A stretch of DNA of 64,000 nt from assembly GCA_964057225.1 (NCBI GenBank), contig OZ059895.1:1736001-1800000 (forward strand). The letters are read 5' to 3'. A program made the translations under genes and the position numbers. The notes beneath the pieces are model-generated. The model was not told the origin of the DNA. It did no database searches and was given only the letters and a program-made list of their open reading frames with translations. Shown in pieces: positions 43,178 to 57,000 of the stretch. This stretch comes from Auanema rhodensis. Lineage: Eukaryota; Animalia; Nematoda. Position 1 is the stretch's first letter, and each line of letters starts with the position of its first letter.

Positions 43178-46100
43178 ATTATTTTGAAATTTTTCGAAAA
43201 AATTTTTGTCAAAATGTTTTTGGAAGCAATGTTGAGTGTACATGAAAACTCAACATACACTAATGCATCATTTTTCAAACAATCATAACTAATTTGTGTA
43301 TTAAGCGTTTCTCAATGTAGTATAGTGCATTCGATGCGGATTTTTGAGCTGCGTCGATCTGTGTTATCAGATTTGCGCTAGCTTAAAAATGCACCGAGAT
43401 ATCAACTGATATAAGTTCACACTTATATCCTCGATTTTCACCCTGAAGAATTAATTTTTTCGTTGAATAACATTGTCTATCGTCTTTGCCTTGAAAAATG
43501 GAATCTAAAAACATCTATTTTTTGCTAAATTATTTTGAAATTTTTCGAAAAAATTTTTGTCAAAATGTTTTTGGAAGCAATGTTGAGTGTACATGGAAAC
43601 TCAACATACACTAATGCATCATTTTTCAAACAATCATAACTAATTTGTGTATTAAGCGTTTCTCAATGTAGTATAGTGCATTCGATGCGGATTTTTGAGC
43701 TGCGTCGATCTGTGTTATCAGATTTGCGCTAGCTTAAAAATGCACCGAGATATCAACTGATATAAGTTCACACTTATATCCTCGATTTTCACCCTGAAGA
43801 ATTAATTTTTTCGTTGAATAACATTGTCCATCGTCTTTGCCTTGAAAAATGGAATCTAAAAACATCTACTTTTTGCTAAATTATTTTGAAATTTTTCGAA
43901 AAAATTTTTGTCAAAATGTTTTTGGAAGCAATGTTGAGTGTACATGGAAACTCAACATACACTAATGCATCATTTTTCAAACGATCATAACTAATTTTTG
44001 TATCAAGCGTTTCTCGATGTAGTATAGTGCATTCGATGCGGATTTTTAAGCTGCGTCGATCTGTGTTATCAGATTTGCGCTAGCTTAAAAATGCACCGAG
44101 ATATCAACTGATATAAGTTCACACTTATATCCTCGATTTTCACCCTGAAGAATTTATTTTTTCGTTGAATAACATTGTCCATCGTCTTTGCCTTGAAAAA
44201 TGAAATCTAAAAACATCTACTTTTTGCTAAATTATTTTGAAATTTTTCGAAAAAATTTTTGTCAAAATGTTTTTGGAAGCAATGTTGAGTGTACATGAAA
44301 ACTCAACATACACTAATGCATCATTTTTCAAACAATCATAACTAATTTGTGTATTAAGCGTTTCTCAATGTAGTATAGTGCATTCGATGCGGATTTTTGA
44401 GCTGCGTCGATCTGTGTTATCAGATTTGCGCTAGCTTAAAAATGCACCGAGATATCAACTGATATAAGTTCACACTTATATCCTCGATTTTCACCCTGAA
44501 GAATTAATTTTTTCGTTGAATAACATTGTCTATCGTCTTTGCCTTGAAAAATGGAATCTAAAAACATCTATTTTTTGCTAAATTATTTTGAAATTTTTCG
44601 AAAAAATTTTTGTCAAAATGTTTTTGGAAGCAATGTTGAGTGTACATGGAAACTCAACATACACTAATGCATCATTTTTCAAACAATCATAACTAATTTG
44701 TGTATTAAGCGTTTCTCAATGTAGTATAGTGCATTCGATGCGGATTTTTGAGCTGCGTCGATCTGTGTTATCAGATTTGCGCTAGCTTAAAAATGCACCG
44801 AGATATCAACTGATATAAGTTCACACTTATATCCTCGATTTTCACCCTGAAGAATTAATTTTTTCGTTGAATAACATTGTCCATCGTCTTTGCCTTGAAA
44901 AATGGAATCTAAAAACATCTACTTTTTGCTAAATTATTTTGAAATTTTTCGAAAAAATTTTTGTCAAAATGTTTTTGGAAGCAATGTTGAGTGTACATGG
45001 AAACTCAACATACACTAATGCATCATTTTTCAAACGATCATAACTAATTTTTGTATCAAGCGTTTCTCGATGTAGTATAGTGCATTCGATGCGGATTTTT
45101 AAGCTGCGTCGATCTGTGTTATCAGATTTGCGCTAGCTTAAAAATGCACCGAGATATCAACTGATATAAGTTCACACTTATATCCTCGATTTTCACCCTG
45201 AAGAATTTATTTTTTCGTTGAATAACATTGTCCATCGTCTTTGCCTTGAAAAATGAAATCTAAAAACATCTACTTTTTGCTAAATTATTTTGAAATTTTT
45301 CGAAAAAATTTTTGTCAAAATGTTTTTGGAAGCAATGTTGAGTGTACATGGAAACTCAACATACACTAATGCATCATTTTTCAAACAATCATAACTAATT
45401 TGTGTATTAAGCGTTGCTCAATGTAGTATAGTGCATTCGATGCGGATTTTTGAGCTGCGTCGATCTGTGTTATCAGATTTGCGCTAGCTTAAAAATGCAC
45501 CGAGATATCAACTGATATAAGTTCACACTTATATCCTCGATTTTCACCCTGAAGAATTAATTTTTTCGTTGAATAACATTGTCTATCGTCTTTGCCTTGA
45601 AAAATGGAATCTAAAAACATCTATTTTTTGCTAAATTATTTTGAAATTTTTCGAAAAAATTTTTGTCAAAATGTTTTTGGAAGCAATGTTGAGTGTACAT
45701 GAAAACTCAACATACACTAATGCATCATTTTTCAAACAATCATAACTAATTTGTGTATTAAGCGTTTCTCAATGTAGTATAGTGCATTCGATGCGGATTT
45801 TTGAGCTGCGTCGATCTGTGTTATCAGATTTGCGCTAGCTTAAAAATGCACCGAGATATCAACTGATATAAGTTCACACTTATATCCTCGATTTTCACCC
45901 TGAAGAATTAATTTTTTCGTTGAATAACATTGTCTATCGTCTTTGCCTTGAAAAATGGAATCTAAAAACATTTATTTTTTGCTAAATTATTTTGAAATTT
46001 TTCGAAAAAATTTTTGTCAAAATGTTTTTGGAAGCAATGTTGAGTGTACATGGAAACTCAACATACACTAATGCATCATTTTTCAAACAATCATAACTAA

Positions 46101-48093
46101 TTTGTGTATTAAGCGTTTCTCAATGTAGTATAGTGCATTCGATGCGGATTTTTGAGCTGCGTCGATCTGTGTTATCAGATTTGCGCTAGCTTAAAAATGC
46201 ACCGAGATATCAACTGATATAAGTTCACACTTATATCCTCGATTTTCACCCTGAAGAATTAATTTTTTCGTTGAATAACATTGTCTATCGTCTTTGCCTT
46301 GAAAAATGGAATCTAAAAACATCTATTTTTTGCTAAATTATTTTGAAATTTTTCGAAAAAATTTTTGTCAAAATGTTTTTGGAAGCAATGTTGAGTGTAC
46401 ATGGAAACTCAACATACACTAATGCATCATTTTTCAAACGATCATAACTTATTTTTTGTATCAAGCGTTTCTCGATGTAGTATAGTGCATTCGATGCGGA
46501 TTTTTAAGCTGCGTCGATCTGTGTTATCAGATTTGCGCTAGCTTAAAAATGCACCGAGATATCAACTGATATAAGTTCACACTTATATCCTCGATTTTCA
46601 CCCTGAAGAATTAATTTTTTCGTTGAATAACATTGTCCATCGTCTTTGCCTTGAAAAATGAAATCTAAAAACATCTACTTTTTGCTAAATTATTTTGAAA
46701 TTTTTCGAAAAAATTTTTGTCAAAATGTTTTTGGAAGCAATGTTGAGTGTACATGGAAACTCAACATACACTAATGCATCATTTTTCAAACAATCATAAC
46801 TAATTTGTGTATTAAGCGTTTCTCAATGTAGTATAGTGCATTCGATGCGGATTTTTGAGCTGCGTCGATCTGTGTTATCAGATTTGCGCTAGCTTAAAAA
46901 TGCACCGAGATATCAACTGATATAAGTTCACACTTATATCCTCGATTTTCACCCTGAAGAATTAATTTTTTCGTTGAATAACATTGTCTATCGTCTTTGC
47001 CTTGAAAAATGGAATCTAAAAACATCTATTTTTTGCTAAATTATTTTGAAATTTTTCGAAAAAATTTTTGTCAAAATGTTTTTGGAAGCAATGTTGAGTG
47101 TACATGAAAACTCAACATACACTAATGCATCATTTTTCAAACAATCATAACTAATTTGTGTATTAAGCGTTTCTCAATGTAGTATAGTGCATTCGATGCG
47201 GATTTTTGAGCTGCGTCGATCTGTGTTATCAGATTTGCGCTAGCTTAAAAATGCACCGAGATATCAACTGATATAAGTTCACACTTATATCCTCGATTTT
47301 CACCCTGAAGAATTAATTTTTTCGTTGAATAACATTGTCTATCGTCTTTGCCTTGAAAAATGGAATCTAAAAACATCTATTTTTTGCTAAATTATTTTGA
47401 AATTTTTCGAAAAAATTTTTGTCAAAATGTTTTTGGAAGCAATGTTGAGTGTACATGGAAACTCAACATACACTAATGCATCATTTTTCAAACAATCATA
47501 ACTAATTTGTGTATTAAGCGTTTCTCAATGTAGTATAGTGCATTCGATGCGGATTTTTGAGCTGCGTCGATCTGTGTTATCAGATTTGCGCTAGCTTAAA
47601 AATGCACCGAGATATCAACTGATATAAGTTCACACTTATATCCTCGATTTTCACCCTGAAGAATTAATTTTTTCGTTGAATAACATTGTCTATCGTCTTT
47701 GCCTTGAAAAATGGAATCTGAAAACATCTATTTTTTGCTAAATTATTTTGAAATTTTTCGAAAAAATTTTTGTCAAAATGTTTTTGGAAGCAATGTTGAG
47801 TGTACATGGAAACTCAACATACACTAATGCATCATTTTTCAAACGATCATAACTTATTTTTTGTATCAAGCGTTTCTCGATGTAGTATAGTGCATTCGAT
47901 GCGGATTTTTAAGCTGCGTCGATCTGTGTTATCAGATTTGCGCTAGCTTAAAAATGCACCGAGATATCAACTGATATAAGTTCACACTTATATCCTCGAT
48001 TTTCACCCTGAAGAATTAATTTTTTCGTTGAATAACATTGTCCATCGTCTTTGCCTTGAAAAATGGAATCTAAAAACATCTAATTTTTGCTAA
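43178..48093. repeat. 3-mer x2 (43178-45283) followed by 4-mer x2 (45284-48093)
   Basis: GAATTTATT variant at 44155 and 45208 (+1053). The 352-bp ACTTATTTTTT monomer marker is at 46441 and 47846 (+1405). Confidence 0.85.
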
Positions 48094-51000
48094 ATTATTT
48101 TGAAATTTTTCGAAAAAATTTTTGTCAAAATGTTTTTGGAAGCAATGTTGAGTGTACATGGAAACTCAACATACACTAATGCATCATTTTTCAAACGATC
48201 ATAACTAATTTTTGTATCAAGCGTTTCTCAATGTAGTATAGTGCATTCGATGCGGATTTTTAAGCTGCGGCGATCTGTGTTATCAGATTTGCGCTAACTT
48301 AAAAATGCACCGAGATATCAACTGATATAAGTTCACACTTATATCCTCGATTTTCACCCTGAAGAATTAATTTTTTCGTTGAATAACATTGTCCATCGTC
48401 TTTGCCTTGAAAAATGGAATCTAAAAACATCTACTTTTTGCTAAATTATTTTGAAATTTTTCGAAAAAATTTTTGTCAAAATGTTTTTGGAAGCAATGTT
48501 GAGTGTACATGGAAACTCAACATACACTAATGCATCATTTTTCAAACGATCATAACTAATTTTTGTATTAAGCGTTTCTCAATGTAGTATAGTGCATTCG
48601 ATGCGGATTTTTAAGCTGCGTCGATCTGTGTTATCAGATTTGCGCTAGCTTAAAAATGCACCGAGATATCAACTGATATAAGTTCACACTTATATCCTCG
48701 ATTTTCACCCTGAAGAATTAATTTTTTCGTTGAATAACATTGTCCATCGTCCTTGCCTTGAAAAATGGAATCTAAAAACATCTACTTTTTGCTAAATTAT
48801 TTTGAAATTTTTCGAAAAAATTTTTGTCAAAATGTTTTTGGAAGCAATGTTGAGTGTACATGGAAACTCAACATACACTAATGCATCATTTTTCAAACGA
48901 TCATAACTAATTTTTGTATCAAGCGTTTCTCGATGTAGTATAGTGCATTCGATGCGGATTTTTAAGCTGCGTCGATCTGTGTTATCAGATTTGCGCTAGC
49001 TTAAAAATGCACCGAGATATCAACTGATATAAGTTCACACTTATATCCTCGATTTTCACCCTGAAGAATTAATTTTTTCGTTGAATAACATTGTCCATCG
49101 TCTTTGCCTTGAAAAATGAAATCTAAAAACATCTACTTTTTGCTAAATTATTTTGAAATTTTTCGAAAAAATTTTTGTCAAAATGTTTTTGGAAGCAATG
49201 TTGAGTGTACATGGAAACTCAACATACACTAATGCATCATTTTTCAAACAATCATAACTAATTTGTGTATTAAGCGTTTCTCAATGTAGTATAGTGCATT
49301 CGATGCGGATTTTTGAGCTGCGTCGATCTGTGTTATCAGATTTGCGCTAGCTTAAAAATGCACCGAGATATCAACTGATATAAGTTCACACTTATATCCT
49401 CGATTTTCACCCTGAAGAATTAATTTTTTCGTTGAATAACATTGTCTATCGTCTTTGCCTTGAAAAATGGAATCTAAAAACATCTATTTTTTGCTAAATT
49501 ATTTTGAAATTTTTCGAAAAAATTTTTGTCAAAATGTTTTTGGAAGCAATGTTGAGTGTACATGGAAACTCAACATACACTAATGCATCATTTTTCAAAC
49601 AATCATAACTAATTTGTGTATTAAGCGTTTCTCAATGTAGTATAGTGCATTCGATGCGGATTTTTGAGCTGCGTCGATCTGTGTTATCAGATTTGCGCTA
49701 GCTTAAAAATGCACCGAGATATCAACTGATATAAGTTCACACTTATATCCTCGATTTTCACCCTGAAGAATTAATTTTTTCGTTGAATAACATTGTCTAT
49801 CGTCTTTGCCTTGAAAAATGGAATCTAAAAACATCTATTTTTTGCTAAATTATTTTGAAATTTTTCGAAAAAATTTTTGTCAAAATGTTTTTGGAAGCAA
49901 TGTTGAGTGTACATGGAAACTCAACATACACTAATGCATCATTTTTCAAACAATCATAACTAATTTGTGTATTAAGCGTTTCTCAATGTAGTATAGTGCA
50001 TTCGATGCGGATTTTTGAGCTGCGTCGATCTGTGTTATCAGATTTGCGCTAGCTTAAAAATGCACCGAGATATCAACTGATATAAGTTCACACTTATATC
50101 CTCGATTTTCACCCTGAAGAATTAATTTTTTCGTTGAATAACATTGTCTATCGTCTTTGCCTTGAAAAATGGAATCTAAAAACATCTATTTTTTGCTAAA
50201 TTATTTTGAAATTTTTCGAAAAAATTTTTGTCAAAATGTTTTTGGAAGCAATGTTGAGTGTACATGGAAACTCAACATACACTAATGCATCATTTTTCAA
50301 ACAATCATAACTAATTTGTGTATTAAGCGTTTCTCAATGTAGTATAGTGCATTCGATGCGGATTTTTGAGCTGCGTCGATCTGTGTTATCAGATTTGCGC
50401 TAGCTTAAAAATGCACCGAGATATCAACTGATATAAGTTCACACTTATATCCTCGATTTTCACCCTGAAGAATTAATTTTTTCGTTGAATAACATTGTCT
50501 ATCGTCTTTGCCTTGAAAAATGGAATCTAAAAACATCTATTTTTTGCTAAATTATTTTGAAATTTTTCGAAAAAATTTTTGTCAAAATGTTTTTGGAAGC
50601 AATGTTGAGTGTACATGGAAACTCAACATACACTAATGCATCATTTTTCAAACGATCATAACTTATTTTTTGTATCAAGCGTTTCTCGATGTAGTATAGT
50701 GCATTCGATGCGGATTTTTAAGCTGCGTCGATCTGTGTTATCAGATTTGCGCTAGCTTAAAAATGCACCGAGATATCAACTGATATAAGTTCACACTTAT
50801 ATCCTCGATTTTCACCCTGAAGAATTAATTTTTTCGTTGAATAACATTGTCCATCGTCTTTGCCTTGAAAAATGAAATCTAAAAACATCTACTTTTTGCT
50901 AAATTATTTTGAAATTTTTCGAAAAAATTTTTGTCAAAATGTTTTTGGAAGCAATGTTGAGTGTACATGGAAACTCAACATACACTAATGCATCATTTTT

Positions 51001-54000
51001 CAAACAATCATAACTAATTTGTGTATTAAGCGTTTCTCAATGTAGTATAGTGCATTCGATGCGGATTTTTGAGCTGCGTCGATCTGTGTTATCAGATTTG
51101 CGCTAGCTTAAAAATGCACCGAGATATCAACTGATATAAGTTCACACTTATATCCTCGATTTTCACCCTGAAGAATTAATTTTTTCGTTGAATAACATTG
51201 TCTATCGTCTTTGCCTTGAAAAATGGAATCTAAAAACATCTATTTTTTGCTAAATTATTTTGAAATTTTTCGAAAAAATTTTTGTCAAAATGTTTTTGGA
51301 AGCAATGTTGAGTGTACATGAAAACTCAACATACACTAATGCATCATTTTTCAAACAATCATAACTAATTTGTGTATTAAGCGTTTCTCAATGTAGTATA
51401 GTGCATTCGATGCGGATTTTTGAGCTGCGTCGATCTGTGTTATCAGATTTGCGCTAGCTTAAAAATGCACCGAGATATCAACTGATATAAGTTCACACTT
51501 ATATCCTCGATTTTCACCCTGAAGAATTAATTTTTTCGTTGAATAACATTGTCTATCGTCTTTGCCTTGAAAAATGGAATCTAAAAACATCTATTTTTTG
51601 CTAAATTATTTTGAAATTTTTCGAAAAAATTTTTGTCAAAATGTTTTTGGAAGCAATGTTGAGTGTACATGGAAACTCAACATACACTAATGCATCATTT
51701 TTCAAACAATCATAACTAATTTGTGTATTAAGCGTTTCTCAATGTAGTATAGTGCATTCGATGCGGATTTTTGAGCTGCGTCGATCTGTGTTATCAGATT
51801 TGCGCTAGCTTAAAAATGCACCGAGATATCAACTGATATAAGTTCACACTTATATCCTCGATTTTCACCCTGAAGAATTAATTTTTTCGTTGAATAACAT
51901 TGTCTATCGTCTTTGCCTTGAAAAATGGAATCTAAAAACATCTATTTTTTGCTAAATTATTTTGAAATTTTTCGAAAAAATTTTTGTCAAAATGTTTTTG
52001 GAAGCAATGTTGAGTGTACATGGAAACTCAACATACACTAATGCATCATTTTTCAAACAATCATAACTAATTTGTGTATTAAGCGTTTCTCAATGTAGTA
52101 TAGTGCATTCGATGCGGATTTTTGAGCTGCGTCGATCTGTGTTATCAGATTTGCGCTAGCTTAAAAATGCACCGAGATATCAACTGATATAAGTTCACAC
52201 TTATATCCTCGATTTTCACCCTGAAGAATTAATTTTTTCGTTGAATAACATTGTCTATCGTCTTTGCCTTGAAAAATGGAATCTAAAAACATCTATTTTT
52301 TGCTAAATTATTTTGAAATTTTTCGAAAAAATTTTTGTCAAAATGTTTTTGGAAGCAATGTTGAGTGTACATGGAAACTCAACATACACTAATGCATCAT
52401 TTTTCAAACGATCATAACTTATTTTTTGTATCAAGCGTTTCTCGATGTAGTATAGTGCATTCGATGCGGATTTTTAAGCTGCGTCGATCTGTGTTATCAG
52501 ATTTGCGCTAGCTTAAAAATGCACCGAGATATCAACTGATATAAGTTCACACTTATATCCTCGATTTTCACCCTGAAGAATTAATTTTTTCGTTGAATAA
52601 CATTGTCCATCGTCTTTGCCTTGAAAAATGGAATCTAAAAACATCTAATTTTTGCTAAATTATTTTGAAATTTTTCGAAAAAATTTTTGTCAAAATGTTT
52701 TTGGAAGCAATGTTGAGTGTACATGGAAACTCAACATACACTAATGCATCATTTTTCAAACGATCATAACTAATTTTTGTATCAAGCGTTTCTCAATGTA
52801 GTATAGTGCATTCGATGCGGATTTTTAAGCTGCGGCGATCTGTGTTATCAGATTTGCGCTAACTTAAAAATGCACCGAGATATCAACTGATATAAGTTCA
52901 CACTTATATCCTCGATTTTCACCCTGAAGAATTAATTTTTTCGTTGAATAACATTGTCCATCGTCTTTGCCTTGAAAAATGGAATCTAAAAACATCTACT
53001 TTTTGCTAAATTATTTTGAAATTTTTCGAAAAAATTTTTGTCAAAATGTTTTTGGAAGCAATGTTGAGTGTACATGGAAACTCAACATACACTAATGCAT
53101 CATTTTTCAAACGATCATAACTAATTTTTGTATTAAGCGTTTCTCAATGTAGTATAGTGCATTCGATGCGGATTTTTAAGCTGCGTCGATCTGTGTTATC
53201 AGATTTGCGCTAGCTTAAAAATGCACCGAGATATCAACTGATATAAGTTCACACTTATATCCTCGATTTTCACCCTGAAGAATTAATTTTTTCGTTGAAT
53301 AACATTGTCCATCGTCTTTGCCTTGAAAAATGGAATCTAAAAACATCTACTTTTTGCTAAATTATTTTGAAATTTTTCGAAAAAATTTTTGTCAAAATGT
53401 TTTTGGAAGCAATGTTGAGTGTACATGGAAACTCAACATACACTAATGCATCATTTTTCAAACAATCATAACTAATTTGTGTATTAAGCGTTTCTCAATG
53501 TAGTATAGTGCATTCGATGCGGATTTTTGAGCTGCGTCGATCTGTGTTATCAGATTTGCGCTAGCTTAAAAATGCACCGAGATATCAACTGATATAAGTT
53601 CACACTTATATCCTCGATTTTCACCCTGAAGAATTAATTTTTTCGTTGAATAACATTGTCTATCGTCTTTGCCTTAAAAAATGGAATCTAAAAACATCTA
53701 TTTTTTGCTAAATTATTTTGAAATTTTTCGAAAAAATTTTTGTCAAAATGTTTTTGGAAGCAATGTTGAGTGTACATGAAAACTCAACATACACTAATGC
53801 ATCATTTTTCAAACAATCATAACTAATTTGTGTATTAAGCGTTTCTCAATGTAGTATAGTGCATTCGATGCGGATTTTTGAGCTGCGTCGATCTGTGTTA
53901 TCAGATTTGCGCTAGCTTAAAAATGCACCGAGATATCAACTGATATAAGTTCACACTTATATCCTCGATTTTCACCCTGAAGAATTAATTTTTTCGTTGA

Positions 54001-57000
54001 ATAACATTGTCTATCGTCTTTGCCTTGAAAAATGGAATCTAAAAACATCTATTTTTTGCTAAATTATTTTGAAATTTTTCGAAAAAATTTTTGTCAAAAT
54101 GTTTTTGGAAGCAATGTTGAGTGTACATGGAAACTCAACATACACTAATGCATCATTTTTCAAACAATCATAACTAATTTGTGTATTAAGCGTTTCTCAA
54201 TGTAGTATAGTGCATTCGATGCGGATTTTTGAGCTGCGTCGATCTGTGTTATCAGATTTGCGCTAGCTTAAAAATGCACCGAGATATCAACTGATATAAG
54301 TTCACACTTATATCCTCGATTTTCACCCTGAAGAATTAATTTTTTCGTTGAATAACATTGTCTATCGTCTTTGCCTTGAAAAATGGAATCTAAAAACATC
54401 TATTTTTTGCTAAATTATTTTGAAATTTTTCGAAAAAATTTTTGTCAAAATGTTTTTGGAAGCAATGTTGAGTGTACATGGAAACTCAACATACACTAAT
54501 GCATCATTTTTCAAACGATCATAACTTATTTTTTGTATCAAGCGTTTCTCGATGTAGTATAGTGCATTCGATGCGGATTTTTAAGCTGCGTCGATCTGTG
54601 TTATCAGATTTGCGCTAGCTTAAAAATGCACCGAGATATCAACTGATATAAGTTCACACTTATATCCTCGATTTTCACCCTGAAGAATTAATTTTTTCGT
54701 TGAATAACATTGTCCATCGTCTTTGCCTTGAAAAATGGAATCTAAAAACATCTAATTTTTGCTAAATTATTTTGAAATTTTTCGAAAAAATTTTTGTCAA
54801 AATGTTTTTGGAAGCAATGTTGAGTGTACATGGAAACTCAACATACACTAATGCATCATTTTTCAAACGATCATAACTAATTTTTGTATCAAGCGTTTCT
54901 CAATGTAGTATAGTGCATTCGATGCGGATTTTTAAGCTGCGGCGATCTGTGTTATCAGATTTGCGCTAACTTAAAAATGCACCGAGATATCAACTGATAT
55001 AAGTTCACACTTATATCCTCGATTTTCACCCTGAAGAATTAATTTTTTCGTTGAATAACATTGTCCATCGTCTTTGCCTTGAAAAATGGAATCTAAAAAC
55101 ATCTACTTTTTGCTAAATTATTTTGAAATTTTTCGAAAAAATTTTTGTCAAAATGTTTTTGGAAGCAATGTTGAGTGTACATGGAAACTCAACATACACT
55201 AATGCATCATTTTTCAAACGATCATAACTAATTTTTGTATCAAACGTTTCTCAATGTAGTATAGTGCATTCGATGCAAATTTTTAAGCTGCGTCGATCTG
55301 TGTTATCAGATTTGCGCTAGCTTAAAAATGCACCGAGATAACAACTGATATAAGTTCACACTTATATCCTCGATTTTCACCCTGAAGAATTAATTTTTTC
55401 GTTGAATAACATTGTCCATCGTCTTTGCCTTGAAAAATTAAATCTAAAAACATCTACTTTTTGCTAAATTATTTTGAAATTTTTCGAAAAAATTTTTGTC
55501 AAAATGTTTTTGGAAGCAATGTTGAGTGTACATGGAAACTCAACATACACTAATGCATCATTTTTCAAACGATCATAACTAATTTTTGTATCAAGCGTTT
55601 CTCAATGTAGTATAGTGCATTCGATGCGGATTTTTAAGCTGCGGCGATCTGGGTTATCAGATTTGCGCTAACTTAAAAATGCACCGAGATATCAACTGAT
55701 ATAAGTTCACACTTATATCCTCGATTTTCACCCTGAAGAATTAATTTTTTCGTTGAATAACATTGTCCATCGTCTTTGCCTTGAAAAATGGAATCTAAAA
55801 ACATCTACTTTTTGCTAAATTATTTTGAAATTTTTCGAAAAAATTTTTGTCAAAATGTTTTTGGAAGCAATGTTGATTGTACATGGAAACTCAACATACA
55901 CTAATGCATCATTTTTCAAACGATCATAACTAATTTTTGTATCAAACGTTTCTCAATGTAGTATAGTGCATTCGATGCGAATTTTTAAGCTGCGTCGATC
56001 TGTGTTATCAGATTTGCGCTAGCTTAAAAATGCACCGAGATATCAACTGATATAAGTTCACACTTATATCCTCGATTTTCACCCTGAAGAATTAATTTTT
56101 TCGTTGAATAACATTGTCTATCGTCTTTGCCTTGAAAAATGGAATCTAAAAACATCTATTTTTTGCTAAATTATTTTGAAATTTTTCGAAAAAATTTTTG
56201 TCAAAATGTTTTTGGAAGCAATGTTGAGTGTACATGGAAACTCAACATACACTAATGCATCATTTTTCAAACGATCATAACTAATTTTTGTATCAAGCGT
56301 TTCTCGATGTAGTATAGTGCATTCGATGCGGATTTTTAAGCTGCGTCGATCTGTGTTATCAGATTTGCGCTAGCTTAAAAATGCACCGAGATATCAACTG
56401 ATATAAGTTCACACTTATATCCTCGATTTTCACCCTGAAGAATTAATTTTTTCGTTGAATAACATTGTCCATCGTCTTTGCCTTGAAAAATGGAATCTAA
56501 AAACATCTACTTTTTGCTAAATTATTTCGAAATTTTTCGAAAAAATTTTTGTCAAAATGTTTTTGGAAGCAATGTTGAGTGTACATGGAAACTCAACATA
56601 CACTAATGCATCATTTTTCAAACGATCATAACTAATTTTTGTATCAAGCGTTTCTCGATGTAGTATAGTGCATTCGATGCGGATTTTTAAGCTGCGTCGA
56701 TCTGTGTTATCAGATTTGCGCTAGCTTAAAAATGCACCGAGATATCAACTGATATAAGTTCACACTTATATCCTCGATTTTCACCCTGAAGAATTAATTT
56801 TTTCGTTGAATAACATTGTCCATCGTCTTTGCCTTGAAAAATTAAATCTAAAAACATCTACTTTTTGCTAAATTATTTTGAAATTTTTCGAAAAAATTTT
56901 TGTCAAAATGTTTTTGGAAGCAATGTTGAGTGTACATGGAAACTCAACATACACTAATGCATCATTTTTCAAACAATCATAACTAATTTGTGTATTAAGC

